From contig NC_087436.1 in the NCBI RefSeq assembly GCF_036321535.1, forward strand, positions 76,820,001 to 76,884,000: a stretch of 64,000 bases of DNA, in the 5' to 3' direction. Of this stretch, positions 10,636-23,500 are shown in pieces. A model generated the notes under the pieces. That model did not search any database, was not told the origin of the DNA, and saw only the letters and a program-made list of their open reading frames with translations. The DNA is from Camelus dromedarius (taxonomy: Eukaryota). Positions within the stretch are counted from its first letter, which is position 1. Every line of letters begins with the position of its first letter. A program made the translations under genes and the position numbers.

Positions 10636-12894
10636 TCTGATAAAATAAGTTCACCTAACATACACATACTGGTATATATATTTTAAGTGTTCATGTGAGA
10701 AGTTGTGCTAAAAAGGCAGTTTTGTTCAACCAAGAAAGGGAAATAGAATTAATCAGTGTTATTCCAGGCAAAATGAATTATATTGAAAAAGTAACAATGT
10801 TGAGGAGAACACAAAGACTCTATTACCAAGTCAGGCTTTAACCCCAAGTCTGCCACACATCCATCTCAATGATTCTTCGGTATCAGATGCTTAAAATGTT
10901 CCACATACGCTGATGTCCCACCGCTTCTGTCAACTGTCTTCCCACGCTGCCTTTTAAGAGAACTAATACTATCAGTTTCATCTGATTTAGATATTTATTT
11001 CATATTTGCCAGAAGATTCTGGCCAATGTTTCTGAAAGCACATTTAACTATACCATATGCCTCCTTAAATCATTTCTATCAGACAAGCTGTAGGATAAGG
11101 CTCTGGTTCATTCTGTTCTGTTTTTCTTTCTTCACAATGTGTTTATGTATATTTACCCAATTTGCTCTGTTCTTCTTGCCAAATTACAGGTTTGAGATCT
11201 CAACTATTCCAGAGCAGCTGTGCTATTGTCGAAGTCTCACTAAACAAGGCTCAGAGAACAAGCCTATTTTGCAAGAACTGATGGCGCCTGCACATCAGCC
11301 CAAGAGGTGAGCGCCCTCAGATGGGCGGGCTTCACAGAACTTCACACAGTCCTTCCTACTCACACTTAGGAGGTTTTGGTGCGAATGAACCACTGGCAGA
11401 AATTAACTCCCAAACAATCTACAGATGTTTTTTAGGTAAGACAATTGATTTAACCATATGACATTTTAAAATTAAATTATATCCAGTGGAAAAAATAGAA
11501 AAGAATAATCTCAGTGCTACCATCCTTCTTTCTGTTTGTATTAAAACAGAATTTTAAGAATTTGTTTATCTCAGTCTGAAATTCTATCCTGAATGGAGAA
11601 ATTTAATAGAGATGTCTCTCAAAGAAGGTACTCCAAAGACCCATTCCAGCAATGCTAGATACCTGGACAAGACTGCCCAGAGAGCTTTAGCTTTTGTTTA
11701 CTCTGTGACATCAATTTCCAAATGCAAACCCAGGTTCCAGCTACTTTGCTACATTCTTAGGCCCCATCTCCAAGTAAACATCTTCACGTTAACTCTCTTT
11801 CAAACCAAAATTCGTGAGCCCTGGGCGTTGAAACGAACAATGCTCGAAGAAAACGTAATGCAGGAAGTGACAGAAAGATGAGAAGGGAACTGAAAGAGCA
11901 CGCTAACGAGATGAGGCACGTGCCCATGGATCCAGCTCTGAGACGATGCAGCTGGCTTTGAGGCTGGCCGTCTGGGGTCACTTCACCAGCACGTTGTGAA
12001 TTATTTAAGTGAGAGAATAAGGGGAACCATCACCACATCTGTCACCCTCGCGTAGGAAAAGCCTTCGTTCATTGTGGGGCCAGATGTGTTTATTTGAAAC
12101 ATAGACTAACTAGCTACTTAATGGGTTTGAATCCTTAGCCAAAAGCTAATTAGACAAACATATTAAGCATCAGTCACCTTACAAGGCTAAATGGTTTCAG
12201 TTGTGTTGGTTTTAATACAATCTCATATGACAGCTCATCACCCACAAAAATATCTGAAGAAAATTCAAGCAGAGGAAAGGTCCAAACTACTTGCAACATA
12301 CTTAGGAGAACAAATAACGATATCATCAAATAGCCAGTACAGTAACAAATAAAATCTCGTAAATTTTGCCTCAGTGGTTTTATGTACTTGACACAACAAC
12401 AAAAAAAAAGGAAAGTCAAAGTAATTATTTTAGACAGCTCTCCTTCCAAAACATTCTCAGTTTGCTTGTAGGTGAAATATTAACATCAAAAGCCAAACAA
12501 ATGATGATTTTTCATGCCTGATACTTATTACATCTTACATGACTATTAAAAATCACATCTCTGGAGTATTTAGCCAATCTACCAGTCACTAAAGAATATC
12601 AGAATTCTCCATGGTAGTCTCTTCAAAAAGACTGTGCCCCAAGGCAAATTCTAGAGAAAACAAATTCAGTGCTGAACAGGACAGGCATTCTATAACCACT
12701 TAGGAGAAAAAAGAAAGCTGTCCTCCTGAACTAGTAGTTACTATGAAAAAGCCAAGATAGTTTTGTGCTCTCTGCAATGGTAGGACCTTCCAAACAGAAT
12801 TCCGAGGACTTTTCTCCTACCTGATATACCCAGACATCAAACGCACTGTTTGCTCCTTCTATACACAGTAAATCAAAATGTTTGAGAAAAATGT

Positions 12895-13720
12895 ATTCAT
12901 TCTTTCACGTAGCAAACATTCAGTGAATCTGCTGTGTGTCAGGCATGGCATTAGGTGCTAGAGACACAGCAAGAAACAAACAAAATTCATTCCTAACAAG
13001 AAGGAGACACAATAACAAACAGATAAATGCTTTGAAGAAAAAGTAAACCTTGAAAAGGGAATGGAGAGTGTTAAACTCAAGATGGGGGGAGGTTGTCTGA
13101 TTAGGGTGACTGGGAAGGGCTTACTGAGAAGTTGACATCTGAACAAAACCTGAAGAAGTTGAGAAAAGAGAGTGAGACATGAGGGGAAGAGTATTTCAAG
13201 CAGAGAACAGCAAGTGTAAAAAGTGCTGGTGTGGGCGGAAGCCCACATGGTTAAGGAACAACAAAGAGGCCAGCATGACCATGACAGAAGGGGCAAAAAG
13301 AAGATGAAGCTGGAGACACAGTGAGGGCCAAATCCTGAGGAACCCCGAGGAACACTGCAGTGATGAGGCATTCACCCTGAACGTAATGAGGAGCTCATCC
13401 TCCAGGGGCGACATAAACTGACCTGTTTGAACAGGATCCCTTTTGCCAAGGACAGAGGCAGAAAGCCCAGTTGAGAGGTGAATACACTAAGCAAGAAAAG
13501 GCAGCAGTTTGGTCTAGGATGCCATCAGTGCAGGTGGTGGGGAGGACTGCATTCTGAACACACTTTGAAAGCAGAGCTGAGATTTGCTGACTGGCTGTGT
13601 GTAAGAGATCAGTAACAACTCAAAGGTTACCTGAACAACAGGAAGGATGGGGCTGCCAGTGGCTCAGATACAGAAGACAGCTCTGAAAGCAGACTGGTAG
13701 GGGGGCAATCAGGAACATCA
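12895..13720 (-). mobile_element. L2 LINE fragment (3' end)
   Basis: attcattctttc..caaacattcagtgaatctgctgtgtgtcaggca..ctagagacacagc; ctgaacaaaacctgaaga; gcagagaacagcaagtgtaaa. Confidence 0.75.
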
Positions 13721-14657
13721 GTACAGAATTACAGATTCAATAAAGTAAGACCAAACTTGAAGTCAATAGATTTAATACTGCTATCATATGAGACATTATA
13801 ACTCAGAAAGCCACTGAGCCCCAGAGTGCCCCTAGGGTAAAGATGGCTCCATGCAAAATGGACCTGCCTCGAACTCCAAGGCCAGTCTAATTGAACCATA
13901 AGCATGTTATCAATAAGACGAGATTACTACATGACACAGAAAATAAATACTTTCTTATAGAAATAAAAAAGATTCTGGTAGTCTTGCTTTTATAAGTCAT
14001 ATTATCCAGACTTTTAATGGATTTAAAATAGAAAGCTGACACCGCTCCAGTTTCCTTGGATGATGAGAAGTGATGTCCAATAGCTTGAATATTTAAGCAT
14101 CCACAAAAGTCAAGTGCTCAAGTCAACTTCAAACTACTAAAATGATTCTCTTAGGTCACAAAGGAAAACACAGTCTTCACTCTCTGAACACTAACTCAGA
14201 GTTTGGACTAGGGCCTTATATTTTTTAGTTTTCTCTGCTCTAGGTGCAAGATCAGTATAAAGTGATTCTTGAAAACTGTATTCTATTCATTATCCTAAAC
14301 GTATTGCATCCACTACTGTTGAACTAGAGAGCATTTGAACTATTTGCAATTATTTCCTTCATAGTAGAGAAGGCAGGGGAAAAAACTGCAAATGGAAATA
14401 TTAAGTTGCTGGTAAAATTATCTGTGTATAGATGATTAAAATAAAAACCCTTCCAAACTAAACATCCTTTATTTTAACCAGCTATCATTACGGTTTATTA
14501 CCACACCAAAGAACATGAAAATATAGACATTAACAGGACTGGAACATCAATTAAAGAACAAATATTTCCTAGACTAAGGTATGCTTTATTAAGCCTTCAG
14601 CTTTTTAATCTTTATACTTAAATACTATGGTAATTCATCAAAATCCCACTTTGAAAC

Positions 14658-14659
<2 letters not shown>

Positions 14660-14701
<42 letters not shown>
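14660..14701 (+). repeat. (TG)21 microsatellite
   Basis: Perfect dinucleotide run. Confidence 0.97.
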
Positions 14702-14704
<3 letters not shown>

Positions 14705-15024
14705 AAATTCAATACTCTACAGTCCAAAATAATGGCTGTGGCTCATTTAAAGGCCATAACAATAGTTCCCAATCCTATCCATTTAAATATTTATAGAGGC
14801 TTTTAATCAATACTTAAGAAACAAGATAAAACAGGCTTTACCATTTTCAACCTACTAAGAATATGTATAGTTAAATCATAACCACAGTAATTTGCCTAGT
14901 GTTTACTATTTCATATTTAATCTGCAGATCAAGAAAAGATAAATAAAACAACTAATGTATATTTTGTCACCATTTCCTAATTTGTAGCTAAAAAGTTCCT
15001 AAATGTTTTTAATGAAATACTTAC

Positions 15025-15094
15025 TCTCCAACTTCATGCAGGGCAGGTGCAGGACAAAGCATAGAATTACGTTCCACACTTACCGGCATTACAC
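15025..15094 (-). CDS. ANTXR2: ANTXR2 exon 10
   Basis: ttccag|GT GTA ATG...GGA GA|gtaagt; 70 nt; VMPVSVERNSMLCPAPALHEVG(E). Confidence 0.95.
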
Positions 15095-16870
15095 CTGGAA
15101 AATAAAATGCCATTGAATTAATAAAGGGTTTTATGTATCTCACACATTTTCATTAATAATATGAAGACATGTAGCAATCAGAGTTCAAGTGTAGAACATT
15201 AGCTATATTAGCATGAAAAACCAAAAAGATACTCATCGGAAGAAAGATGAGAAGGAATAGAGAATGAAAAATAGAGATTATATGCCTCATTGATATATAA
15301 TATTGGTAAATTATAAATGATGATTTTTTGACATAGAGTAAGTTCACATGCAGCTTGTAGATACTATAAAATTATCAACTTTCCTCCTCATTATGCTAAT
15401 GTATTAGATTGTTAAGGATAAGTGATATATATTTTAAAAGCACAATTTAAAAATGATGGAGTAAAGAAGACAAATGTCCAAAAGATAATAAATTTATTTT
15501 AAGAGTTTACTAAAATAATTATGTCTATGATACATAAATACATTTTATAAAGCTGAATGTTTACACTGCCCTTGTAATTTTAAGAATTTATGAGAAAAAT
15601 TATCTAGACTATAAATATTCCGAAAAGTTACATAATCAAATGGATAATCCTAGAAGGTGAATGATGAAAATAAAATACAGTATGATTTAATTCATTTGTT
15701 TGAGGATTTACTTTAATAAATTTAACCTTATATAGCTAAGTATAAAATATGTTTATAGTGTAATCAACTTAAATGTGTAATCCAAAGGAGTTAGGTAAAG
15801 CTAACGCCTAGATACAGATGACTACTGAATAAGAACACTAAAATTATTCTGTCCTTTTCAGTTGTAGAACCTACTAGGAAGAGAGTTTGTTACAAATATC
15901 ACTGTCTTGCCTTACTAAAATGATGATCGGATAGGAAAGAGAGGAATTAATCATGGCATTTACCATGCTGAGATCCTCACACTTCAATTAAACAAACACA
16001 TATTGAGCAGTTACTGCGTATGTAGCCAAAGCTGTGCTAACCGGAGGGCTTAGAACCATTAGATAAACAATAAAATTGTAGATGAACCTCTCAAAAAATA
16101 ACTCCACCAGAGTTCATAGAATCGTAGCATCTGCCGTAGAGTATAAAACCTTAGAAGACAACGTAATTGTCAATGAGGCGAAAATGTCTCAGTAGAGATC
16201 CAGAATGCTCCGAATACTAAGATCTATTTAAAGAGGAGGAGTTTTTACTCAGAATGAAGATGAAAACATTATACTCATCTGCTTTTCTGAAAGCCAAGCA
16301 AGGGAAAAATAAAACCTAATTTCTTAAATATGATAATTATCAATGAACACTGTGCTGGGTGGGCATTGAAGATATAATGTATCTGAAAGGCAAAAAGCTT
16401 GTCTTCAAGAAACTGGCTGACAAATTATCGGAAAATTAGATGAAGAAAACAAGTGACAATAAAATAAGGCAATAAATAATAGAGTAGTCCAAGATAGTCA
16501 GATTTTCAGGCAAAAGTGACAAGAAATAAATCTGGAGAAAGAGGCAATTAAATCAAGCAGTGCATGTAGTCCATACAGAAGACAGTCAAGAAAACTGGGC
16601 TCATCTCTCAGCTCTGCTCATTATTCGTTGTGCCCCCGCAGGCAAGTTATTTGACTTTTTCAGCCACTAGCCCATCATTTGTATAAAAAAGGCTACTCAG
16701 GATAGGGTCCAGCAAATACTAAGTTATGAGCAAATGTTTCCACTATTAATAACCATTAACTAATTATTATTACTACTTGGTATTACGACTGGACTTCATT
16801 TCTCTCCTCACTGATTAAAAACATACATATAGCACAGTTTCATTTGGGGAAAAGAGGAAAACTCTTGTCA

Positions 16871-17050
<180 letters not shown>

Positions 17051-17954
17051 TCACTGCTTTACAAAAAATAACAAAGAGACGTAACTTAAAAGGATCAAGA
17101 TGCACAAAATGAATTTCTTATTTCTATTCAGCCAACTAATAACAAGGAAGATGGGCTCTTCTCACTTTCTTCGACCCTCTAGGGAAATGCGGTGACACTA
17201 CCACTCACTGTCACACGGAGACCCATTATTTTATTTTTAAACAAAGTGTTTTCCAATAGTGACCAAGATATTAGAATTGAAGCATAACAGTCATTCCCAG
17301 ACAGACACAATAGAATCTTGCTCAAATTCTTAGGAAAGAACTTGCCATCTTAGGAAAATATCCGCAGGAAAGAAAACTATGTTTTTCTCTCCTGTCAGGT
17401 ACTGAGGAATGCGAATTTAAAGAAATTAATGCCTCAGGTTCTCTGGTTCTTTGAACAGTCATGTGTTATGTTTTCTTTAATCTCTGACACTCCACACAGA
17501 GTTCTTTAACAGCTTCTCCATGCCCCTAATCCCAGTTTTATTTTCAGTTGCATGCAACCTTATAACACATCAACAGTCGTGCATTTTGGACTAATAACCT
17601 ATGGTCATCACTGAAGAAAGCTGATTTAGCTTGTACTCTGCGTAAGAGGAGCAGTCACTAAATGTTAGAGGGTGAGATAACCTGCTAGAAGAATAGTTAA
17701 CTGATCAAATGTCTTGAATGGCAACTAAATGTTCGCTGCTTTGCTATAAGAAGGTATCTCAACTATTCCAACACTGATTAACTTTCAGTCCTCTCAAAGA
17801 CTTCCTACCCAAGATAATCTAGCATATATACGGTAATTAACTGTGAAAGAAAATACTGCCATGCCACTCTCCATACAGTGTGTTATGAAAGGAATTTTTC
17901 TTATAAGTTAAAATAAAGTGTCATGCATTTAAAGTTAAAATGTAATTCAGTAAA

Positions 17955-18125
17955 AGGAACATGAGCCTCTGGAGTCAGACAGACAAGAGTCTAATAGGAC
18001 ACCTACTAACAGCAAGTACTGAACCTGTCTCTGCCTCGGTTTCCCCATCTGTGAACCAGGGATTATAGAACTGTCAAATAGCGCTGTTATGAGGATTAGG
18101 TAAAATTATAAATGCAAAGAATCCC
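17955..18125 (+). mobile_element. MIR SINE
   Basis: ctctggagtcagacagac..ctctgcctcggtttccccatctgtgaa..gttatgaggattag. Confidence 0.7.
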
Positions 18126-18857
18126 ATCCTGCTCTGGAATATTCAGATCCATTATTCCTCTTAAATAACTCAATAATCTTTAATTAGAGAGTCTAAAAGA
18201 TGCAGAACTTCATCCCACATCCAGCAGTTGGGAAGCTCTGTGGTAAACTGCACAGCACATTTCCTACCCTACCAGACCCCATATCTCTCCTTCTTAAAGT
18301 AAACTGCAGGTCAGACTTGAAGAAGAACTAGAACAGGCCAGAGAGAATCACTCTCTTTGGGTTGGATGGCTTGAAAGTGCTAAAACCTGAGTCCGTTCTT
18401 AGCACCAACTCTGAAGCCACCTGGTTCTTCCCTGTCATCCATCCATAAATCACTTTCTATGGGCCTTAAGCTGGTAGGTATTGTACTTTGGCCAGGTCAC
18501 TGAGGCCTGGAGCCCAAAGTCTACAGATATATGACTGTTGGTATAATCAGATAAAAGGGAAAATTCCTATTTTATTTTACTTGTCAGAGGAAAGGTCTCA
18601 AACATGAACTAAATATACAGAAGATTTTAAAAGCCTGTCACACAATATGTTCATTATTTAAAATAACACTCCAATCTTAAAAATTTGAATTTAAAATAGA
18701 AATATTTCAAGGAATTATTTAAAAATTCTTACAGAAAAAGATGCCAAAAAAGTTAATTTTGTTATTCTCTTTCCAACATGAGTTTCAAATCATGTATTTT
18801 AACTAGGAAAAAAAAGTACAATTTCTTACATGGTATTTTTAAATTCTAACCACTTAC

Positions 18858-18918
18858 CCCCCACACAGACACTTGAGGGCCGCAATTCCAGGACTTCAGT
18901 GCATGATTGAGCTAATAT
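18858..18918 (-). CDS. ANTXR2: ANTXR2 exon 8
   Basis: ttttag|ATA TTA...GGG G|gtaagt; 61 nt; ILAQSCTEVLELRPSSVCVG(E). Confidence 0.97.
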
Positions 18919-21900
18919 CTAAAAAGGAAAAAAAGAAGACCAAGATATAGAACGAACTCTTAACAGGTAAAATGAATCATAAGATCACTAATAATCGTGT
19001 GGTCCTCCCCTTAACTTCAATAGACGACAGAGAACATTTATTAACTATCATATATACAACTACCGAGGTCTTACGAAATTTCTGTGTTGTCTCTCAGTAT
19101 ATATTCTAAGATTGTATTCTGTAGAAATCCTTATTTGATTAGAGTAACTACAGATAAGCCCAGATAAAGTGGGTTGCTGCCTCAAAGTCTGGTAGCCTTG
19201 GATATGAAAAGATAACTAAAATTTCCTGATGGCCATAAAATCCATGCTGACTTTCCCCATCAGGCAAAAACGAGACAGCAATTCAGACCTCCTGTTTAAT
19301 TATGCTAATTTAATGTTTTCTACTAAAAGATTCAATATAATATCAATAAACACTTTTTTATTTGACTCTGGCATTTCTATTCAATTTCTCCGCCTCAATT
19401 CCCATGGATGCTATTCCTCCTTATATGCATCAAACGTTACACTTGCAGAACACAGGCTCCTTGTGGGAGCCAAACATTATTCTCAAAAACACAGACTCTG
19501 TACTCCAGCATTCCCAGAGCACAGGAACAGAATGGCTTTTCTTAGACTTGTTCTGAGAAACAGAAACCACCATACAAGGCACAAGGCTACAGGCGAAAAA
19601 CAACAATGACGAAATGAGCTGCTCCTAATGGACTCAACAATCCTGTCTTTATTTTTAGAACTGCTCTGCGCTACGTTAGCAAAGTCAGACAAGTTCCAGA
19701 TGATCTCTGAACGACATTCCTTTCTTGACGGAAGTGGAAGACAGATGATGATCAGTCATTTCTAGCATCTTTTGCTCATAACTAAAACAGGAAGGAAGAA
19801 TTGTGGCAGGAAACAGAAATGCCTTCCGTGCTTTCTTTAATAACAGTGGATATGTAAATTGTCCGACTCTTAAAATCAGCTGGATCGAATCACGGAATTT
19901 TTGTTGCTGAATATGCATCTCTGAAAGAGGGAATCATTTGTACTTTTTAAGATGACTTCCCAGTGAATCGACTTTTCATATAGTGATAGAGGCTTCAGTG
20001 ATTAGGAAACAGAGTAACATTTTACATCTGAGAAACTCCAAATGAGGTCTATTTAAACTCAGAAATGACCAAAGACATTTCATAGTCACTTAAAGACCTT
20101 TCAGTGCCAAACACCTCTTGGTCTGCTATTGTATCTCCTATAATTGACACTCCTTTGAAGAAAGAGTTTTGTTCAATTAAGAATTTAGGTAACCATTGAG
20201 GGCCATTGTCAAAGGTTAATGTGCCCTCTTGGAAGGAAAGTATCTCAAATCACTAACATCTTTAAATATTTTGACATACTTCAGATAACAAGTCTCTGAA
20301 GGGAACAGAATATAGAAGTTCTGCCAAAGGAATATGAAGCTAAAAAGGTTCCAGCTAACAAATTGGGGCATTATTGCTTTAGCTTTGGCCGATTTGAGAT
20401 AAGTGAGAACTAAGCTACGAAAACAGAAGGTCAAAGGAAAACAGAAAGCCCTCAAATCTATTTTATCTGCCAGCAATTCTGAAAGAATTTATTTAGAAAT
20501 AAATCCCATTAAGGAGACTGATAGTATCTCACAGTTTACAAACTTTTTATTAGTTATTTTAGACACAGCTCTATCAGCAGTACAGAAAAATGTTTCAACA
20601 CAGAAAATTGTGAGAGGGAAAACCCGAGAGATGTTATATGAGATATATGAAGTGAAAGTACTTAAATATCTTAGTAAAGAAAAAAATGTATTCTACCGAG
20701 GACTTCAAATGGTACACAAATGCTTGATTCAAATTCACAAAATTGAGAAGGAATTTTAAGTTTGCAATGAAACAACCACTATGCACAGATTTTAACATAC
20801 TGGAGACCAACATTAGGCCACTCATCAGGCCACTGATTGCCTTCAGAGTAAATATTATGAATTTTAACTATAAGATAAATTTATAGTATGGTAGATAGAT
20901 GAATAAGTATCTTGTTAGAGGTTTTTTGTTGTTGTTGTTATTTAAAAACAGTTAAATTTGAAGAAAAGAATAAGAAAAAAATATATACATGTACTAACCC
21001 CTAATTAAGTTTCTAGATAACACTGAAATGATAAGGTCAAGGTAGAGAAAGGTAGGAGAGAGTTTTAAGAGCAAACACATATGTAGACTTCTCATCTTGT
21101 TGTGGGGAGATAGAGATGTCTGGTTTGTTTTTTTAAGTAAAAAGGATTAAAAAGAAATATAAAAAAAGTAAAAAAAAATATGAGAGAGGTTTAAAGACTA
21201 TGTCTATTATAAATATACACCATTTTCTAAAACTTCCTTAGGATAAAGTAAATCAAGAAGTTATAAAGAGATTTTTTCCAAAGGCCATGTCAAAGACTAT
21301 ACAGCCCAGAATGATGTGTGTGAATTTCTGAAATTATGTTGGTTTTCTCTCTTCTTCAAATACTGATCATATTTAAATCAGATCTCAAACATTAAAACAA
21401 ACGTGTGTGGGTTGACTTCCTCTTCTAATTTGGTATATTCCATCCAAACATTTCTAAAATAGAAAAGTTCCAATAGTAAAGATCAAATGATTAATTCTTA
21501 TGGAATGTGCCTTAAAACTGGAGAATGAACACCTACAAGGACCATTGATGGTCCACTGCTCTAAAGTCAGTCGCTGTTTATCCCCTGTAACGTATTTTGA
21601 TTTAAAGAAAATGTCCAGTATAATTTAGAAATTTATGTTCTATTCAAGTCTAAGATTAAAGAAATTAAATTACATTAAGCAGAGATTAAGAATAACTAAA
21701 TATTAATTATATCTTGTAGTAATGTATATTACAGTATTCTTGTAAGTATACATTATATGTAAGAATATACTTAGATTACTTGAATATTTGTACTTAATTA
21801 TTTTAACAAAACAAGATAAGAAAAAGTGATTCAGGTAACACATTCATTGAAAGACAAGCAGTTTAGACCATGAGTCATAAAACTGGAATTACCAATTGAC

Positions 21901-23013
21901 ATAATCCACATAGAACATACCTATCTTTCTCTAAACTTTATTTTGATTTTTTTTATTTCATAGGACCTTATATTGAGTGTATGAGTCACGTCTTCTGTTG
22001 GAAGATGAACTCTTTGAGTACAGAAATGGGATGACATACTGTGCAAGCCTTTCAGGACTAGCATGTTGTCTTGTACTTGCAGTACAACCAATAAATGCTT
22101 ACGAAATACAGAATGAATGCATGAATTAATGAGAATATTAAAAATGTCTATCCAGTGAGCAATCAGCAATCATAAAAGGACTAAGATAAAGCAGAATAAA
22201 GTTAATTTATGTGAAAAAGCATCTAACCTCTCAAATAAATTGTAAATATTGGAAATCCTGAGACCCATAATTTGAAACTAAGTTCACCAAAACCATTTCC
22301 ACATGAAAAACAGTCAAAGAGCAAGAGAATGTGGTGGGGGGAGAAGTGAGAGAAGAAAGTGTATGCATGTTTAGAAAATAAAATTTGTTGTAAATTTGAT
22401 TTTTCCATCGAGAGTTTACCATGTTGCTATATTAAGAAAAGAACAACTAAAAGGTGTTGTGATTTAATGTTTGTATACAAATAGTTTACATCATTAAATT
22501 TTTAAACAATCATTTCCATAAATACAAAATAGTTCATAATCCATTCTCACCAAGTAATTACACAAGTTCAAATGTTCAAAATATCATAATGGATCTATTA
22601 CATTAAAATTGTCATCACTAAATGACAAAAGACAGAGGGGATGACTATTTTAAACACTAGTTAGTTTTTATCAAATTAAATACTGTTACTGATTGATTGA
22701 AAACTGGATCAGATGTCCCATCTATAATTGATGCATTATCTTTCATACTCTGCACTTAGCCATCATTTGTACAACAGAGGATCTTGTAAAGATGTTTCTT
22801 CAAATACATGTTGCCGTCTGTCTTCATTAAGTCTCAATAGAAACAGAAAATAGTTTCCAATAAAGGTCAGCCTTAGTTGACATCAGAGAGAGCTAACAGC
22901 ACCATAGAACAAATTTAAAGATAAGCCAAATGCTATTAACAAAACCAGGGCACTCTAAGTCATGGACACACTAGATGCAAAATTGCATCATTTGAAAGAG
23001 ATATATATATAAA

Positions 23014-23044
23014 GATAGATAGATAGATAGACAGATAGATAGAT
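23014..23044 (+). repeat. (GATA)n tetranucleotide repeat
   Basis: gatagatagatagatagacagatagatagat. Confidence 0.9.
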
Positions 23045-23249
23045 TGGCAAAGAACTTGATGCTAGCTGTGAAAAGAGTATACTAATTGTTCACTCAAAAA
23101 GTAATATTTGTATTAAGGAATATTTACAAGTGAAAAAAATATATTATTACCCAATCCTTACTTTTAAATCCTCAAATATTAATACGGATGACAAAAGTTA
23201 AACTTTCTAAATTTAGAACAAATATCCATAGCCAAAAATTCAAATTCTA

Positions 23250-23500
23250 ACAACAATAATAATAATTATCATTTATTGGGTGCTTATTACATTCCAGAAA
23301 TTGTGCTAAGCATTTTATCTGAATTTCTTCAATCAATCCTTCCAAATCTTAAGAATACATACTATTTTTATCCCCATTTTATAGGTGAGAAAACTGGGAC
23401 TTAGAGAGATTTTTTTTAAAATATCCTAGAACAATTAGTTTTTTAAATAACAGAGCCAAATCTCCCCAGGTCTGACTGAGCCCAAATTCCGTTCTTCTAA
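23250..23500 (-). mobile_element. MIR SINE
   Basis: catttattgggtgcttattacattccag..tatccccattttataggtgagaaaactgggacttagagag..ccaggtctgactg. Confidence 0.75.

Noticed and set aside
12958..13414. 137-aa hydrophobic ORF
   Set aside because: Falls entirely inside an L2 remnant.
21870..21990. Two AP-1 sites (TGAGTCA) about 110 bp apart
   Set aside because: 7-mers occur several times by chance in 64 kb; no other support visible.
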